NCBI GenBank assembly: GCA_017654855.1
Contig: CM030332.1
Location: forward strand, 3,224,001 to 3,288,000
DNA from: Podospora anserina
Lineage: Eukaryota
Reading direction: 5' to 3'
Length of the DNA stretch: 64,000 bases
The position numbers and the translations under genes are program-made. The stretch's first letter is position 1, and the number at the start of each line of letters is the position of its first letter. Below the pieces are notes generated by a model. The model searched no databases, had not been told where the DNA came from, and saw nothing but the letters and a program-made list of their open reading frames with translations. Positions 49,928-64,000 of this stretch are shown one piece after another.

Positions 49928-51420
49928 TCACTTCTTCTGCACCGTCTTCTTCACCCCCTCAACGAAAGCCTCAACAGCATCACCACCACCCAGTGGCACA
50001 GACCCGCCCCTCACCAGACCACCGTTCTCAACCGCAATACCCAAAGAACCCGCGACAGTAGGCAGGCCGCCATCCCGGAGCGCTGATGTCAGGCTTGCTA
50101 GACTTTGCGTAAACTGAGGACTGCGCAGCACCTTCTTGAGGAGAGCGCGCTTCTGCCCGGAGCTCATGGCCTGCTTGGCAGCCTCTACTGCCTCCGCACT
50201 GGGCTCCTTGTCAATGTCATCCCCGTTCTCACCCTGCTGCGAGAGAACCAGTACCATGGGTGGGAGGTAGCTCAGCAAGTTGTCGACGTATTCATCTGAC
50301 GCCGAGTCGAGCATGGGGATTGTAGTCGATGGTTCGAGAAGATCATTGAGCAGGGGATAAAGCTTGCCCTGAGCTGACTGACCACCGCCCCCGCCGAGCT
50401 TCTGGTTGGCCTGGATCGAGGCCAGGAAGTTCCGCACCGCATCGGCAGCGTCGTTGTTTGCATTGTTGCTTGCCCTGTGAAAAGACAACACATCAGCACT
50501 TGCTCCAACGTTAATGCTCAGATATAACCGGGAAAGTAAACGCCAGAATTCGCATTCTTTGAGGGCCCTTTGCTGGCCAAGTCTAGGAAAGTACATGCTA
50601 TCTGCAAGCTTGTCTATCCTCTTGCGCCAGAAAACCATGATTAAGCCATGCGGATAGAGTATCAACACCTACGCTCTCGCACCATCAGCACCTCCGTCTC
50701 TCGAGTCCTCGCCCTCTTGCCGGAAGTCTCCCCCAGTAGCTCCAGGACCGGCACCTCCGCTGCCGCCGCGGTGGTGGGCATGGGCGTCGCCGTGCCCCTC
50801 AACGTCCTCCATCGTCTCGTCCTCGTCATCACGTCGGCTGTCGTCGGTGTTGTTGCGGACCGAGGCCAGCTCACGGGTCACGTCCACCTCCTCTCCCTGC
50901 AAGAGCTGGTCGACGATCTCTCCGATCTTGAGATCCCTGGGGCTGAACCAGGTGGGATCGCCGCTCTGCCCCTGTGGCTTTGACTGGAGCCAGAAGATGT
51001 GTCTCTGAGAGGATGAAGTGAACTTGAGGACGAAGATGCGACCGTTGGTCTTGGCTGAGGGCTCGATGGGGTTGCGGGTGTTGTAAGGGGTGAAGTGACC
51101 ATCGGTTGGGACCATGACGAGATCAATCTCGGGCTCGTCGAGGGGGACATTTCTGGGTCGCCAGCAAAAGTGGATGAGGTCTAGGTGTGGCTTGTGTTAG
51201 CTGGTGTTTGTCGCTGGAGAGCTGGGTGATTGGCATAGCATACCATCTTCCGAGTACAGATAGATATAGCCAGGTCTGGAGTCGGGCTCAACCTTGTAGG
51301 GCTTCGAGTTGTGCTGTTGCGTCGTCAGTAAAGTGGGGGATAGCTCGAGACAAGAAGGACCAGACGAACGTCGACCTGGCAGAGGCCCGCCTTGAAGGTG
51401 ATGATGGGTGTTATCGACAT
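49928..51420 (-). CDS. RPN13: Proteasome ubiquitin receptor Rpn13/ADRM1; 4 exons
   Basis: MSITPIITFKAG, PGYIYLYSEDDLIHFCWRPR, GRIFVLKFTSSSQRHIFWLQ (Pru domain) and LRSPQFTQSLASL (UCH37-binding region). Confidence 0.92.
50510..50660 (-). ncRNA. Candidate intronic structured RNA (H/ACA-like) in the last RPN13 intron
   Basis: Two hand-foldable hairpins separated by AGACAA (ANANNA), plus a 13-nt element complementary to a conserved 18S rRNA segment. No canonical ACA tail is evident. Confidence 0.35.
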
Positions 51421-51963
51421 TGCGGGAGGTGCAGCCTGTGGACGAGTGCGAGAATATGTTGGAGTGACGGTGGCGTGATCGAAAAGATGACCGAGTCGGT
51501 GCTGAGGCTTGTCGGCGATCTGTTTCTTGTACAGCTGTTGATTGTGATCTGGAGTTTGTTCAAGTTGCGTTGTAGCTCTGGCTCTGGCGCACTGCTCAGG
51601 CTGCCTGCCGTGACGCAGCTCAGCCAGGTCCACAGTGTGCACAGACAGTGTGAATGACGGTGTTTTTTAGTGCCGTTAGGTACGGCAACTCTCCACGCCA
51701 GCAAAGCCCCTGACTGTTACTGCAAACAGTCCCTGGGTTTTATATTTTTTATAACGGCCAGACCCTGAGATGGAGGCTGACCTTCGGGGCTGAAGCATGG
51801 CCACGCTTTGTCTGACTCGCTATTATAAGACACTTGGTTTTATCTTCACTGAATATCCATACTGCATAGGTCACTGCTCGATCAAGGGCCCCTCTTTCAA
51901 GCACTGGTGGTCGCACACGTACCTACCTGGCAGTAGTGTGCCAAGTCCGCCCCTTGCCATTAA

Positions 51964-53494
<1,531 letters not shown>

Positions 53495-54167
53495 AACGTT
53501 GCAAGATACAGCAAGCAAGAAAGGCAGTAGCACTGCAGCTGCGGATGGGACTGGGTTTAAAAGTCCCGGGAAAAGTACTTTGGGGAAAGGGGAATGAGGT
53601 GTGTAGCTGTGAGGGGCTATAATGGGTAGTTGAGCATGTGTGTGTGTGTGTGTGTGTGTAGAGGAAGAGAGAGACGAGATATTTGAAGCAGAAACCATTC
53701 ATACGAATTTTTTTTTTTCTGGTTTAGTCATTTATCAAATGTAAATGCGGGAGGTTAGGGAGTGGGGAGGGGGAGGCCGGTCTACAAAAACATAGAGAGG
53801 ACATTGAAGCCGGGATGGGAACCTGGGTTTGGTGTTCAAGCTTTCAATTGCGAAACGAATTCATGGAGACTTGGGGCGAGCAAGGGGTGAGGGGTTGTCT
53901 TTTTTGAGTCGTTAGAAAGTTGTACAGATACCACATGATATGATTCAAGTTTATGATTGGGGTATTATGGGGCTACGAGAAAACGGGATGAGAGATGATG
54001 TGAAGGCCCCCCCCCCCATGTATTATCTTCCAGAGTTTGAGAGTTCCAGAGTTGACGATCAACATCTCTTTCAAAGCCAACTCATATCCTACTCCTGAAA
54101 CGTGCGCTATTACGATTCGATATCGTTAATCCAGACCGCCTCCTGTCCTATCCCATCCCCAGGTTAG

Positions 54168-54791
54168 TTAACTCCCCTCATACCTCCCCCCAGGCTGATC
54201 CCCAATCCAAAGCTCCACCAACCCCCTCGCGCCAATCTCATCCCCCTCCCTGAGCAGCGCAGCAACGTCGACGTTGAGAGGTGAGTCAATCCCCGGATGA
54301 TCAAGCAGCATCCTCACTGCCTTTACACACTCCAACACACTATACGCCGGGCTCCAGGCATCTTTTAGTAAATCAAGACATATCTCCCCGGTCTCTAATT
54401 TCACGTTTGCATGGACAATCGAGGTTTCAAACTTGATTTCCGGCGGGGAGAGGGGGTACGTAGGGGGGATGGTGATTTTTAGTAACCACCTGCCATCTAT
54501 TATCGCACAATGTCAGCGTTTGATCGGGATATGGCTGTAAAGGGGAGGATAAAGAGGGAAGAAAGACAAACCAGCATATCCACCCCCTAACCCTCTCCCG
54601 TTCAGTACCGCCTCCCAATGCAACAAGTCGGTTTGGTCGGGCGGGCCGAGGCGTTCGATCCCGAGTTCTATCTCTTCGTTTGGGGCGTCTGACAGTTGGG
54701 ATTGGATGGAGGCGTATTCTTTTGCCAGGCGGCGGATTGCCGCCCGAGCTCCTGCGGCTGAAGAGGACGATGGTTTTGATCGGGAGGACAT
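54168..54791 (-). CDS. PEX4: Peroxisomal ubiquitin-conjugating enzyme (E2); one intron at about 54571-54497
   Basis: RRLAKE, DLLHWEAVL, GRWLLKITIPPTYPLSPP, HANVKLETGEICLDLLKDAWSP and DSPLNVDVAALLREGD. Confidence 0.85.
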
Positions 54792-54876
54792 TTTCTTCTG
54801 AATCTATGTGGGAGGAGGGGATATCGTCACGTAGGTCGGCTGGAGGTTGGAAGGGGGTGGAAGTCTATCGAGGTGC

Positions 54877-54933
54877 CGTATGCGACGAGGTATGCGGTAT
54901 GCGGTATGCGACGAGCTAATGCGATGCGATGCG
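54877..54933. repeat. Short tandem repeat (GTATGCG)n / (ATGCG)n upstream of PEX4
   Basis: gtatgcgacgag-gtatgcg-gtatgcg-gtatgcgacgag-ctaatgcgatgcgatgcg seen directly. Confidence 0.8.
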
Positions 54934-55873
54934 CTGGTGACAGAACCCTAACAGTCGGTGTTCGAATACCCTAATTCTGAAAACAAAAGCTCGCGAATGG
55001 ATTATGAGGGAATCTTGGTTCTACTTGTCGTCGTTGTCGTCTTCAAAAAATAAATGTTGATGATTGCTAATCTCCAACCAAACCTGTCACGGTTCAGCTC
55101 ACACACGGGCAGCAGCTCAGCTGAACACGGCACGGCACGGGCACCCACTCACCCCCACACCACCTCCGTGCATCGAACCCGCTGAAACTGCCGAACCAAA
55201 CGGCCCCAAATTACCGAGGCACCGTACCGTACCTCGCCCTGGAACCCGGAGCACAGTGCATGGTTTTCAGCATCCCAAACCCCCGAGTGCCAGCGGGCTG
55301 ATCATACATACACATCCCAAAAAGGAGTCCCCTCCACACCTCTACAAAACTCAAAACCATTGCGTCGACTTCGTCATGTATTAGATGCGTGAACCGCCCT
55401 AACTACCTCGCTATGGTCGAACACATTGTGCGCATTTGATATGTCCAGAGAATCAAAAACCATCGTCCTCCCCCAAATTTGTGAATCATATGTCCATCAC
55501 CCATCATGTCCTCCCCTCCTACCTAGCCTCCTCCAGCAGGAAAAAAAAATCATAAAGAAACACAAGCAACCTTTGGCAATTGAGATCATGTTCATCTACA
55601 ACTTCCATGCAACCTGGTTCTCATGCGACCAAACACAAAAAAAGAACAGAAAATAAGATAAACAACGCCATGCTCCCCGAATTAGAAACCTCACCCTCAA
55701 AGTCATAATCCTACATAAATTCCCAGTACTCAAAAGCCACGCGAAGTAACGAACGAGTACCAATTGTTGTCTTGTGATTCATTCCCGAGATAAAAGTCTT
55801 GATCATGGCGACCTCGTAATCAAGCCATCTATCAGAGTTGTGTGTGATGCGTATGCCGAGACGCCGATGCAGC

Positions 55874-58738
55874 TTACGCCGCCTCGTTATCCTTGGGCTT
55901 CCAGAACTTCACCATCCTACTCAATCTCTTGGCTTTGCTGACTTTGGACTTCTGCTCTGGCTCGCTGTCCAGAGGAACCTCCATTGACAGCTTGCTCCGC
56001 TCGCCATGAGAGCTGCTAATCAAACGGCTCAAGCTGGCCAGACTGGAACGCCTTCGCCCAAAGGCAGTCGAAGTGAACGAAGCCGGCCGTGGCAAGTCGT
56101 GCAACGGCGGGTTTCTTGCCTGGGGGTGCTGGGGGAACAGGCTTTCGCGCGTCATGGTCGAGTTGCTGCTGGTGAGCGAAGGGATATCATCGACCGAGAT
56201 GCGCACTTCCGGACCAGGCTCGCCCAAGAGTAACGACTGGAAATTATCCTCCGTGATGGATGACGGCGCTGTCGAGATCCGATGGGCGTCGTACGACATG
56301 GGTGTGCGTGGAGATGGGAATGCCGATGACTGCGTCATGGAAAAGGGGCTGATGGGAGGCATCGAGGATGGCGGAAGGCTCAGTGGCCCAACATCGACAG
56401 GCGCCAAATCCTTGGGACGGGAAACGTGACGTGGGGATGGTGTGGTGGATCCGGAGTAACCGCCGTGAATCGAAGAAGAGTTCCTCGGGGTGCCCGGTGC
56501 AACGGCAGGGACGGCGTCCGGAGTGTCGCTATTCGCCGAGCCCATCGTATAGTCTGGCACCACAGTAAGGAACGCCTTCCCTTGCTCGCCATCCTGAGAG
56601 GTCCTAGCAGCGGGAGACTCCTGAGGGACGATTGGAGAAGGTCTCGCTTCAGGGGCAAGGCTTGTGCTCTCCGACTTTTCCACAACAGGGGTTTCAACCA
56701 GCGGTGTAGATTGTCCAGCGGAGCTCTTGCCGGAATCGCTGTCCTCCTCTTCTTCTTCTTCATCCTCCTCAAACACATCTGCCATGGTGGAGCTGCTTCC
56801 AAAGCGTCTGAACCCAAGCCTACCGCCTTCAAAAGGCACCATTTCTGGTGCGCTTTCCGCACGGCGATGGTGGTAGTGCATGCCCGGGCCAGTGAAGCGG
56901 CTCATTCCGGCTGCGCTGTGAAGCTGCTTCTTCACGTTGCCACCGGCTCGTTGCGCCGCCTCCCACTCAGGGTTTCGAGGCAGGGGCGTATTGAAAGGAC
57001 CAAGAGCCGCATCAAGGTCAATCATCTGGTACGACATATCCTCATCAGGGACAGAGACAGGCTTGGGGAATGTCCAAGACTGGAAATCTCCTGTATCCGG
57101 GGATTCGGTGACGGTGAAGGTCGGAACGTTGATTTGCGCATCGGTCGAGTCTTGCTGGAGAGCATCGACTTCCTCCAGGAACCGAGGTGGAGGCGGGGTT
57201 GGCGTTCTCCTCTTTTGCTTTCCGTAGCGATGTTTGGACTTGCGAGAAAGAATCGTTCCAGCCCATGTTTTGACCTTCTTTTGCTTCTTGCTCCTCTTCT
57301 TGGTGAGTGGCTTCATGGTGTTCAAAACCACGTCCGGTTCAAGAGCCATGTCGTCCATAAACTGTTCCGCAGAAACGCGCTCAGGAGCTGGCGAGTTAAC
57401 GTGAGAACTGGAGGCGAGGGGGCTCTCTGATTGAAAGCGTGTGGGTGATCCTGTTGCCTGTGAATCACGACCCTCGCGACCAAAGAAGGCCCATTTCTTG
57501 CCAGACCGAGTTGGGCTGGGTGTTGCCGGACTGTGGGGAAGAACAGGAGGGATGGCACCCAAAAACGGGATTGATCCTCGTCTCCTTGGCGAAGATGGAG
57601 TAGGCTCCTCTTCCTGAGCACTCAAGGTGTTCTCCAACACCGCCCCAGCTGTACTGGGCCGGCTATCGCTCATTTTGGCAGCTGGGCCGCCGAATGCGAA
57701 AGGTGTGCTGAAATCACGCTCACCGGTAGTGAGCGAGATGAGCGAAGAGATGCTGCCCGAGACAGAGTGTCCAGGGCGGGCGGTAGCCGTGCTGGAGGCG
57801 TCACTGGAGACCAGAGAAAGCGGTCTGGGGATATACTCCAACGTGTCTGAAAATCCCACACGGTTTCTGGCCGGTGGCTTGGCGTCACCTTCCACGTCGG
57901 CCATCGGGACACCAGTGGAGTTATTGGGCGCCTCCGATGGTGATCCAATGTTTGGCTCCGATTTTCTGCCCTGCTCGGCAGTCGGGAAGTCCTGTCCACC
58001 GGGGCGATTCGGAAAAACAGGGCTGGCAGGAGCGCTGCCTCCCCTCAAGTTGGGGTTCGGTGGTGGAGGCAGAATGATGGAGGAAAGATCGTGGCTGGAT
58101 ATGGCGGCAGATCGACGATGAGCGTGACCTCTCCGTGGTCTTGTGGGTTGCAACATCGGTGAGGCCATCCCGCTTTCTGGTTTTGTCGGGCTGACATTGG
58201 TGATCGTGATGGCCTCCCCGTCACGAAGCTTTCCTCCAACAAATTCGCTTCCGCCACGACGATGTCCGTGGCCACCAGGTCGGGTAGCAGCTGTTCTTGG
58301 AGAGCTGGGAGCAGAAGGTGACTGCGCAGGGCTGAGGTAGGTGCTTTCAGGACTGAGGGTGGACGTCAAAGAGGCGCCAGGGTTGAAGGAGAAATTGGGA
58401 AGCGCTGGCGTTCGAGGCTTGGAATTGTCAATCTCTTTAGTCAAATCCAACCCGGCGATATGAGGCTCTATCGCAGATCGCGGCCGTCTCCCAGTAGCGC
58501 GCGAGAAGGTGGATGGGGCCGAAGCCGAAGAGGATGAAGGTCGTGCTGGAAACACGAATGGCGGGTTTGGAGGAGGCGGAATCGTTCTCGGCGATGTCTG
58601 TGGGCTGGAAGAGTAATCATCGTGGGGACCCATAGCGTCGGGGTTTGTGGAATCCGCAAGCCGAAGCATCGTGAGGTTGTTGAGGCCGTCGGCCATGGGA
58701 GCATCGACCATCATGTCGGAACCGAATGTGGTTGCCAT
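55874..58738 (-). CDS. Large Ser/Pro-rich, probably disordered fungal protein
   Basis: Intronless ORF of about 954 aa with motif islands GHRRGGSEFVGG, HAHRRSAAISSHD, VGFSDTLEYIPRPLS, IDLDAALGPFNTP and HHRRAESAP. Confidence 0.85.
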   Translation of the reverse strand: MATTFGSDMMVDAPMADGLNNLTMLRLADSTNPDAMGPHDDYSSSPQTSPRTIPPPPNPPFVFPARPSSSSASAPSTFSRATGRRPRSAIEPHIAGLDLTKEIDNSKPRTPALPNFSFNPGASLTSTLSPESTYLSPAQSPSAPSSPRTAATRPGGHGHRRGGSEFVGGKLRDGEAITITNVSPTKPESGMASPMLQPTRPRRGHAHRRSAAISSHDLSSIILPPPPNPNLRGGSAPASPVFPNRPGGQDFPTAEQGRKSEPNIGSPSEAPNNSTGVPMADVEGDAKPPARNRVGFSDTLEYIPRPLSLVSSDASSTATARPGHSVSGSISSLISLTTGERDFSTPFAFGGPAAKMSDSRPSTAGAVLENTLSAQEEEPTPSSPRRRGSIPFLGAIPPVLPHSPATPSPTRSGKKWAFFGREGRDSQATGSPTRFQSESPLASSSHVNSPAPERVSAEQFMDDMALEPDVVLNTMKPLTKKRSKKQKKVKTWAGTILSRKSKHRYGKQKRRTPTPPPPRFLEEVDALQQDSTDAQINVPTFTVTESPDTGDFQSWTFPKPVSVPDEDMSYQMIDLDAALGPFNTPLPRNPEWEAAQRAGGNVKKQLHSAAGMSRFTGPGMHYHHRRAESAPEMVPFEGGRLGFRRFGSSSTMADVFEEDEEEEEEDSDSGKSSAGQSTPLVETPVVEKSESTSLAPEARPSPIVPQESPAARTSQDGEQGKAFLTVVPDYTMGSANSDTPDAVPAVAPGTPRNSSSIHGGYSGSTTPSPRHVSRPKDLAPVDVGPLSLPPSSMPPISPFSMTQSSAFPSPRTPMSYDAHRISTAPSSITEDNFQSLLLGEPGPEVRISVDDIPSLTSSNSTMTRESLFPQHPQARNPPLHDLPRPASFTSTAFGRRRSSLASLSRLISSSHGERSKLSMEVPLDSEPEQKSKVSKAKRLSRMVKFWKPKDNEAA

Positions 58739-61700
58739 CTTTTCAAAGCCGCTCTGCGGCACCAGAAACGAATGGCAGGGTCAGTCCCAAGCAACTGACA
58801 TGTGGACGTCGTCGAGAGTAAAAGCGATCGCTCGGCAAGATCGATGAGTACCGAGCTGTGCGATCTAGCACCCAACCGGGCTGGTTGGGTTGGACGTCTG
58901 GTCGTGAAAATTAAATGATTAAAGACAGTTTGCAACCTGAGATCTAAATGGGGTCAGCAATGACCGGAACCACCGGACACAAAGAGCGTGTTAGAACAAT
59001 CAATCGTGACAAGAAGCCATCGAGGCAATTGAAGCGATTGCGAAGCGCAGGAGTAAACAAAAGCAATTGAGTTCCTCTCGAAGAGGAGGCAGACTCACCA
59101 TCAATCGGGATCTCGGAATGGCTGCAAAGGGCACTGGAAAGAGCAGCGAACAAACAATGAAGCAGCAAAACGCTGTTTTCCCCAGAGGAATCCAAGGCGA
59201 TGAGGTGTTTTTAAAGGAGTGGACGGTCAACCCAGCGCAAATCTCGAGATCTGCCACCGGAATTGAACCAAGTTGTTTGGGGGGAGGGGGGGGTCGACAG
59301 AGCGACGGGGGCGGTGGTGAGGAAGAAGGACGCGGGAAAAGAGGATGGAGATTGGGAGTGGTAAAAGAGAGGGCGAGGTGAACCGAGCACACAACACAAC
59401 CAGAGAGAAAACTGCGGGTGGGGGCCTAGCGTTGTTGCGTGTGCCCGGGAGTGCGTGAGTGCAAACAGTGTCAACCCCTGGAGCTCATACCGTGGTGAGC
59501 CTGGGCGCGCGCGGGAGCGGAGCAAAGGACAGGTTTGGGGCAGGGTGGGTCCAGGATGGATATGAACCGAACACAGGCTCGCTGTGCTGTTCATCTGATT
59601 TACCCCAAAACTGATTGCTGTTTTGCTTCGAGTACCTGGAGATAAAAAGACAATAACTAAATACTGCGTATGATGAGAGCAAGGTCGGAGCAGCCACTGT
59701 CCCCGGCATTGATACCTACCGTCCGTATCTTATCCTATCCTCCGTACCTACACAGTAATGCCGAGCAACCACCAGTTCAACCACCAATCATCCCACGGCA
59801 ACTGAGTCCTCCACGCCTTCAACTCCCTTCTTGGAGGCCGATGCTACACACAGTCGCAGCGGAGAGGGGATCGCGTACAGCAACAGACAAGTCACTTGCA
59901 TATGTGCCTCTTCAGGAACAGGTATCCAAACTACGGATTGCTACCCCAGATCCTGTTTCAACCACCTGCGATTGCCAGGCTCCTCCTATGGACAGATGAC
60001 TGCTCGGATGAATCTTGAAGATCCCGCCACTGAAATCTGGCGCTCAGATGCCGCTCTCCCTCTTCTTGATGCCATCGCCATTGTTCCGTGCCCGAGTCAA
60101 TTTCGTATTGCCTGTATCGCAGCGCCCCGGATTATTAGATGGAGAGCTACGCGACCGTCTGCGCCTCATCACTGTCGCGTTCAATACCCCGCTATTGTTC
60201 ATGATTACAAGAGGCCAAGTCCCTGTGACCCGCAAAAATACAGCCGGGATGCCGGCTCACAGGCCAGGTGATGGAGCGTTCCTGAATGCCCCTGGCCAAG
60301 TGACAGTAAGCCGGATTTCGCACACACTGTGTATCTTCCTGCATAAACGCCGCCGTCTGGTGTGTGTGCATACCGGGGAGCGGTGAAGGGCAAGGAACAT
60401 CGAGCCTTCTCTACCTCTGATGCTGTCAAGTGGCAGAGTACAGAGAAGAAGGGCAAACCAAGCCCTGATCACTAACTATCACGAAGCAGGTTGAGGTGTT
60501 GGAACATTTTATCTGGCCTGGCTATATCAGCCTTGTGCTCAGACTTGATTCCACTCACGATCTGAGGTTTGATTCATCTCTCTCAATGATTGAATGCTGG
60601 CTCGCTTCGACAGTCATACAGATCGGCCTTTGAACCAGACATAGGCCCTGGGTGGCGCCCGCGACTACTGCATGCAATCGGTATCCTATCTCGTCGGTCC
60701 CTGAGCTTGGTTCCTCCTGGTTGCTCAAAGGTTGCTGTTTTGATGCGCTGTTCGACTCTGGATAGAACTCCCTAGGCCTGCAGAAGGCCGACGCTAGACC
60801 CTGTCGCTAGATCGATCTCGTCGTCCACTGTGAGCTCGAAACGCCCGACTAGCCAGGTGGGCACGGATCTTTCTGCATGCGCCACTCACATTCAGCCGGA
60901 CGCCGTAAGGCCCAGATGGCGACACCGAGTTGCTGCATGCGTGCACCACCATCTCGCTCGCAGGAGTGTCAGGACAACATCACCTGTCATCCGGACAGTT
61001 GGCGGGGATGACATGTCAGGCGGGGCTTATGGTTTGACAGCCCGAAGCCTCATCCATTGTTGCTGACAAGTGACAACCACACAAGGCTGGGCCGGCTGTG
61101 GTCTCTCATCTCGGAAAGTCACTGGCGTACCATTCCACGAACACCCAAAGTCTGTTCGTCTCGAACTCAAAGGATGCTCCTGTTCGTCAGACAGGCACAC
61201 TTTCGTTGGTTGTCGTTTGTTTATTTGCAAGGGGCATCGAGGAAATGCCTCAAAGCTTTGTACACCCAAGCCGAACCAGTCCGGGCGAGAGCGGCCAGGT
61301 CTGAATAACTGAAGAGGCTCAAACTAGAAGTTTGAACATTGTTCTGGTCTTGCGCCAGAACTGCGCAGTCGTTGGCTGTCATGGAATGCCAAGTTGATGA
61401 AAGTAATGTCGGGTGTTTCTGAGTATTCCTAGTCATATAAAAGGGCTCTGCTAAGAGGAATCTCGACGGGCCGTGTTGACACATGGCTCTCATTTCCCTG
61501 GGGAATTGCTGTGAACAATATTTCGTACAATAATACTAAACAACCCACGGAATCCTCGAATCAAGCTGCGTGTTTCAATATTGAGAAAAGCAAGACCATG
61601 AACCCTCCACAAGGCCAACACCACTCGATGCCCGCTCCGTGACTGGTGCCGTCGCATTCACCCCGCGCCTCCGCGCCGTGGTGGAGAATGACTTCGATCG

Positions 61701-62068
61701 ATCCCTGCAAAAAAGCAACGGAGCTGCGGAACATGGAAAGGACTTTGGGATTGGCGATGGAATTGTTTGCTGAACGAAATTGCGGTCGTTTGGAAAAGCG
61801 TAATTACGGATTACGTACATCGCGCGAGATGAAAGCAGGGGTACCGCGGACGAGCACAGCCACATGTGGCTTTCAACATGCTTCGCCAAGAGATCTGGGA
61901 CCAGGGGGCCCCACAAGGGAAACGGCTGCCCCGCAAAAGATTGGAAATTCTGCCGCCCAAATTTTTAGAATCTCGAGATGTGTTGACCGCCTTCAAGAGC
62001 TGACCTGTAGGTGAGGAGCTGCGTCCTTCTTCAGTGCTTCATCCTCCCCGCATCAGTCTCTATCAACA

Positions 62069-62572
62069 ATGTCTGCGACAACAACAGAAACCACGACGGC
62101 GTCGGCGCCAGCGACCACCGCAAGTAAGCCCTTGGGCATGCGCGTAAATGGTTTGTCGATTTCCCATCTCTCAGCCTCTTCTCGACGGCCAATCTAAATC
62201 ACAATGCTGACAACAAGCACAGGCAAGCAATGGCATGCCCCAAAGAAGGCATTCCGCCCAACCAAGGGTTTGACCTCGTATGAGGCGCGCGTCAAGTTGA
62301 GAGCGGACCAGGCAGCGATGAAGGCAAAGGAGAAGGAGATGAAGGAAGAAAAGGAGGCTGAGCGCAAGGTGGGCATCGCTCTACACAAACTCGGGATATG
62401 TCGGCAGTCCAAGCTAACTCAACATCTGCAGGCACGAATGGAGGCCCTCAAGGCGAAGCGCGCGGCGAAGGAGGAGAAGGAACGATACGAAAAGATTGCC
62501 GAGAAGATGCACAAGAAGCGGGTGGAGAGGCTGAAGCGCAAGGAGAAGCGCAACAAGTTGATCAATTCGTGA
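62069..62572 (+). CDS. CGR1: rRNA-processing protein Cgr1; introns 62151-62222 and 62369-62431
   Basis: [18 protein letters not shown], a Lys/Glu coiled coil and [22 protein letters not shown]. Confidence 0.92.
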
Positions 62573-63222
62573 TCGCGTTGATGAGCAAGATACCCTTTTG
62601 ATTTATTCGATACCCCTACGCTACAATGTCGTCGATAACCTGGAAACGACATCGACACAACTGCTAAGGGGGGCTCTCGGACGTCCCTCACCAGCAACAA
62701 ACGACGACACGGAACTGAAAAGGGCTGGATGAGGGGGTGGTCGGTCGTGAGGTCTACACTATCATCACATAGTGTGGGTAGGGATTTGCTTGGACGAAAA
62801 TCTGGCAACCGTCCTCCAAACCCAAGACTGTCGTTGGACCTGCCCTCGGGTTGTGTTGTGCAGGCTGAGTTGCTCTAGGACATGGAAAGTCCCAGGGTTA
62901 CTCGTCTTTGGATCCATGTATACGGCTCAACATAGACAGTGAGATGTTATGAGAATCTATTAAACCCAAAAAAGTCCACTGCCACCTAATGCATACCAAT
63001 CTGCCTTATATGAATGTGCTAGACTGCGAGGCGCCATCACATGCCGGTACGACACACAGCTGATCCCTTCCGTCAACCAACCAGGTTGTGCCCCACCCCG
63101 CCCAGACACCAAATGCAGCCACCACGGTGCTTTTGACTCCCGCCTAACTTCACAAGCTTGCATCGAAACCAGGGACTATCGTTGTGCGACGGCGGCCACC
63201 CAGCCCAATTAAACAGAGGACG

Positions 63223-64000
63223 ATGTCTCAATATGCCGTGGAGACGTCTAAAGTCCCCTCCCCGGGGCGCCCGCGCCACCAAATCACTCGCTCCATCTCC
63301 GAGATATCGTCGCCAATCCGTCTCCATCGTCACCACTCGCATCGCGTCATCCGAGAAAGGGAGCGCGACGCTCTCAGCCCCATAACACAGTCCGCGACGT
63401 CACTCCAACGGCCGTCACCGCAACCGTACGAGGTCTCTTCCAAATCTGCAGGAGGCACCCCGAACATTAGCCCAAACCCAAGTCGACGACCCAGTCTTCT
63501 CTACGCCTCAGCCGACGACGAAGGGATGCCCGCCAGTCATGGACCAACGCTTGTGTCGACGTCTGCGCCTGCCTCGATAACGAAGTCCTCGGCCGAGGTT
63601 GACTTGGTGAAGGAGCAGCAAAAGGCAGCTGTAAGAAACAGGTTGGTTTTCCTTTTCGCCTTTTGCCATCCGCTTTCTCACACATACGACTAACCGCTGC
63701 TCAACACTCTCCCAGTGGACTCCAACGATCACTTAACGAACTAGAAACCTTTGCGAGTACGATTACTAGGCGCCTCGACGAGACGTACTATTCGGTGGAG
63801 GAGAAGCTGGGGACGCTTCAAAGCACGATTGCGGCCCTCAAGGGGCTCGCGGAGCTCTCCAACCAGCTCAACAACAGCTTCAGCGCCGAGGCCGAAGAAC
63901 TCGTGGCGGATGTCACCTCGCAGCTGGATGCGCTCGGTAACTTTGAGGACCAGCAGCAGCGTATCGAGTCGTTACAGAATCGCATCAGCACAGGCCGGGA
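63223..64000 (+). CDS. Hypothetical coiled-coil protein, runs off the window; intron 63642-63715
   Basis: HQITRSISE, then after splicing SGLQRSLNELETFASTITRRLDETYYSVEEKLGTLQSTI..., open to the end of the window. Confidence 0.75.

Noticed and set aside
56426-57430. 334-aa + strand ORF
   Set aside because: Antisense shadow of the Ser/Pro-rich gene.
58800-62000. Short ORFs in the divergent intergenic region before CGR1
   Set aside because: No recognisable domain, terminal repeats or transposase/RT motifs.

Overview
Gene-dense 64 kb window from a filamentous ascomycete genome. GT-AG introns with CTAAC/CTGAC branch sites, the gene repertoire and the G/C-run-rich codon style point to Sordariales, possibly Podospora (inference). 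It holds about 27 protein-coding genes, mostly housekeeping: ERG10 3' end, WDR89-like, HRD3/SEL1, RNA1, Iec1-like zinc finger, NAR1, a SUZ protein, SCH9, ATP14, DOMON/cytochrome b561, Psk1-like S6 kinase, PRP4, cyclin K/T-like, DUS4, ADE2, TAT-SF1/CUS2, RPN13, MNN9, PEX4 and CGR1. Two things stand out. (1) The Iec1-like gene stops at a single TAG (10161-10163), yet the same frame stays open for 157 more codons encoding two extra C2H2 fingers with no upstream ATG. This fits stop-loss A-to-I mRNA editing (UAG to UGG) or readthrough. (2) An accessory island at about 44.2-47.7 kb carries three intact and one decayed paralogous small secreted six-cysteine proteins with a shared micro-exon architecture. 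Other observations: a DUS4 homopolymer frameshift and GC-AG intron, a distant first exon of SCH9, two candidate intronic snoRNAs, and a recurring C-rich to G-rich switch along coding strands. No tRNA, rRNA, CRISPR array or recognisable transposon was seen. Product calls come from motif recognition, not database searches.
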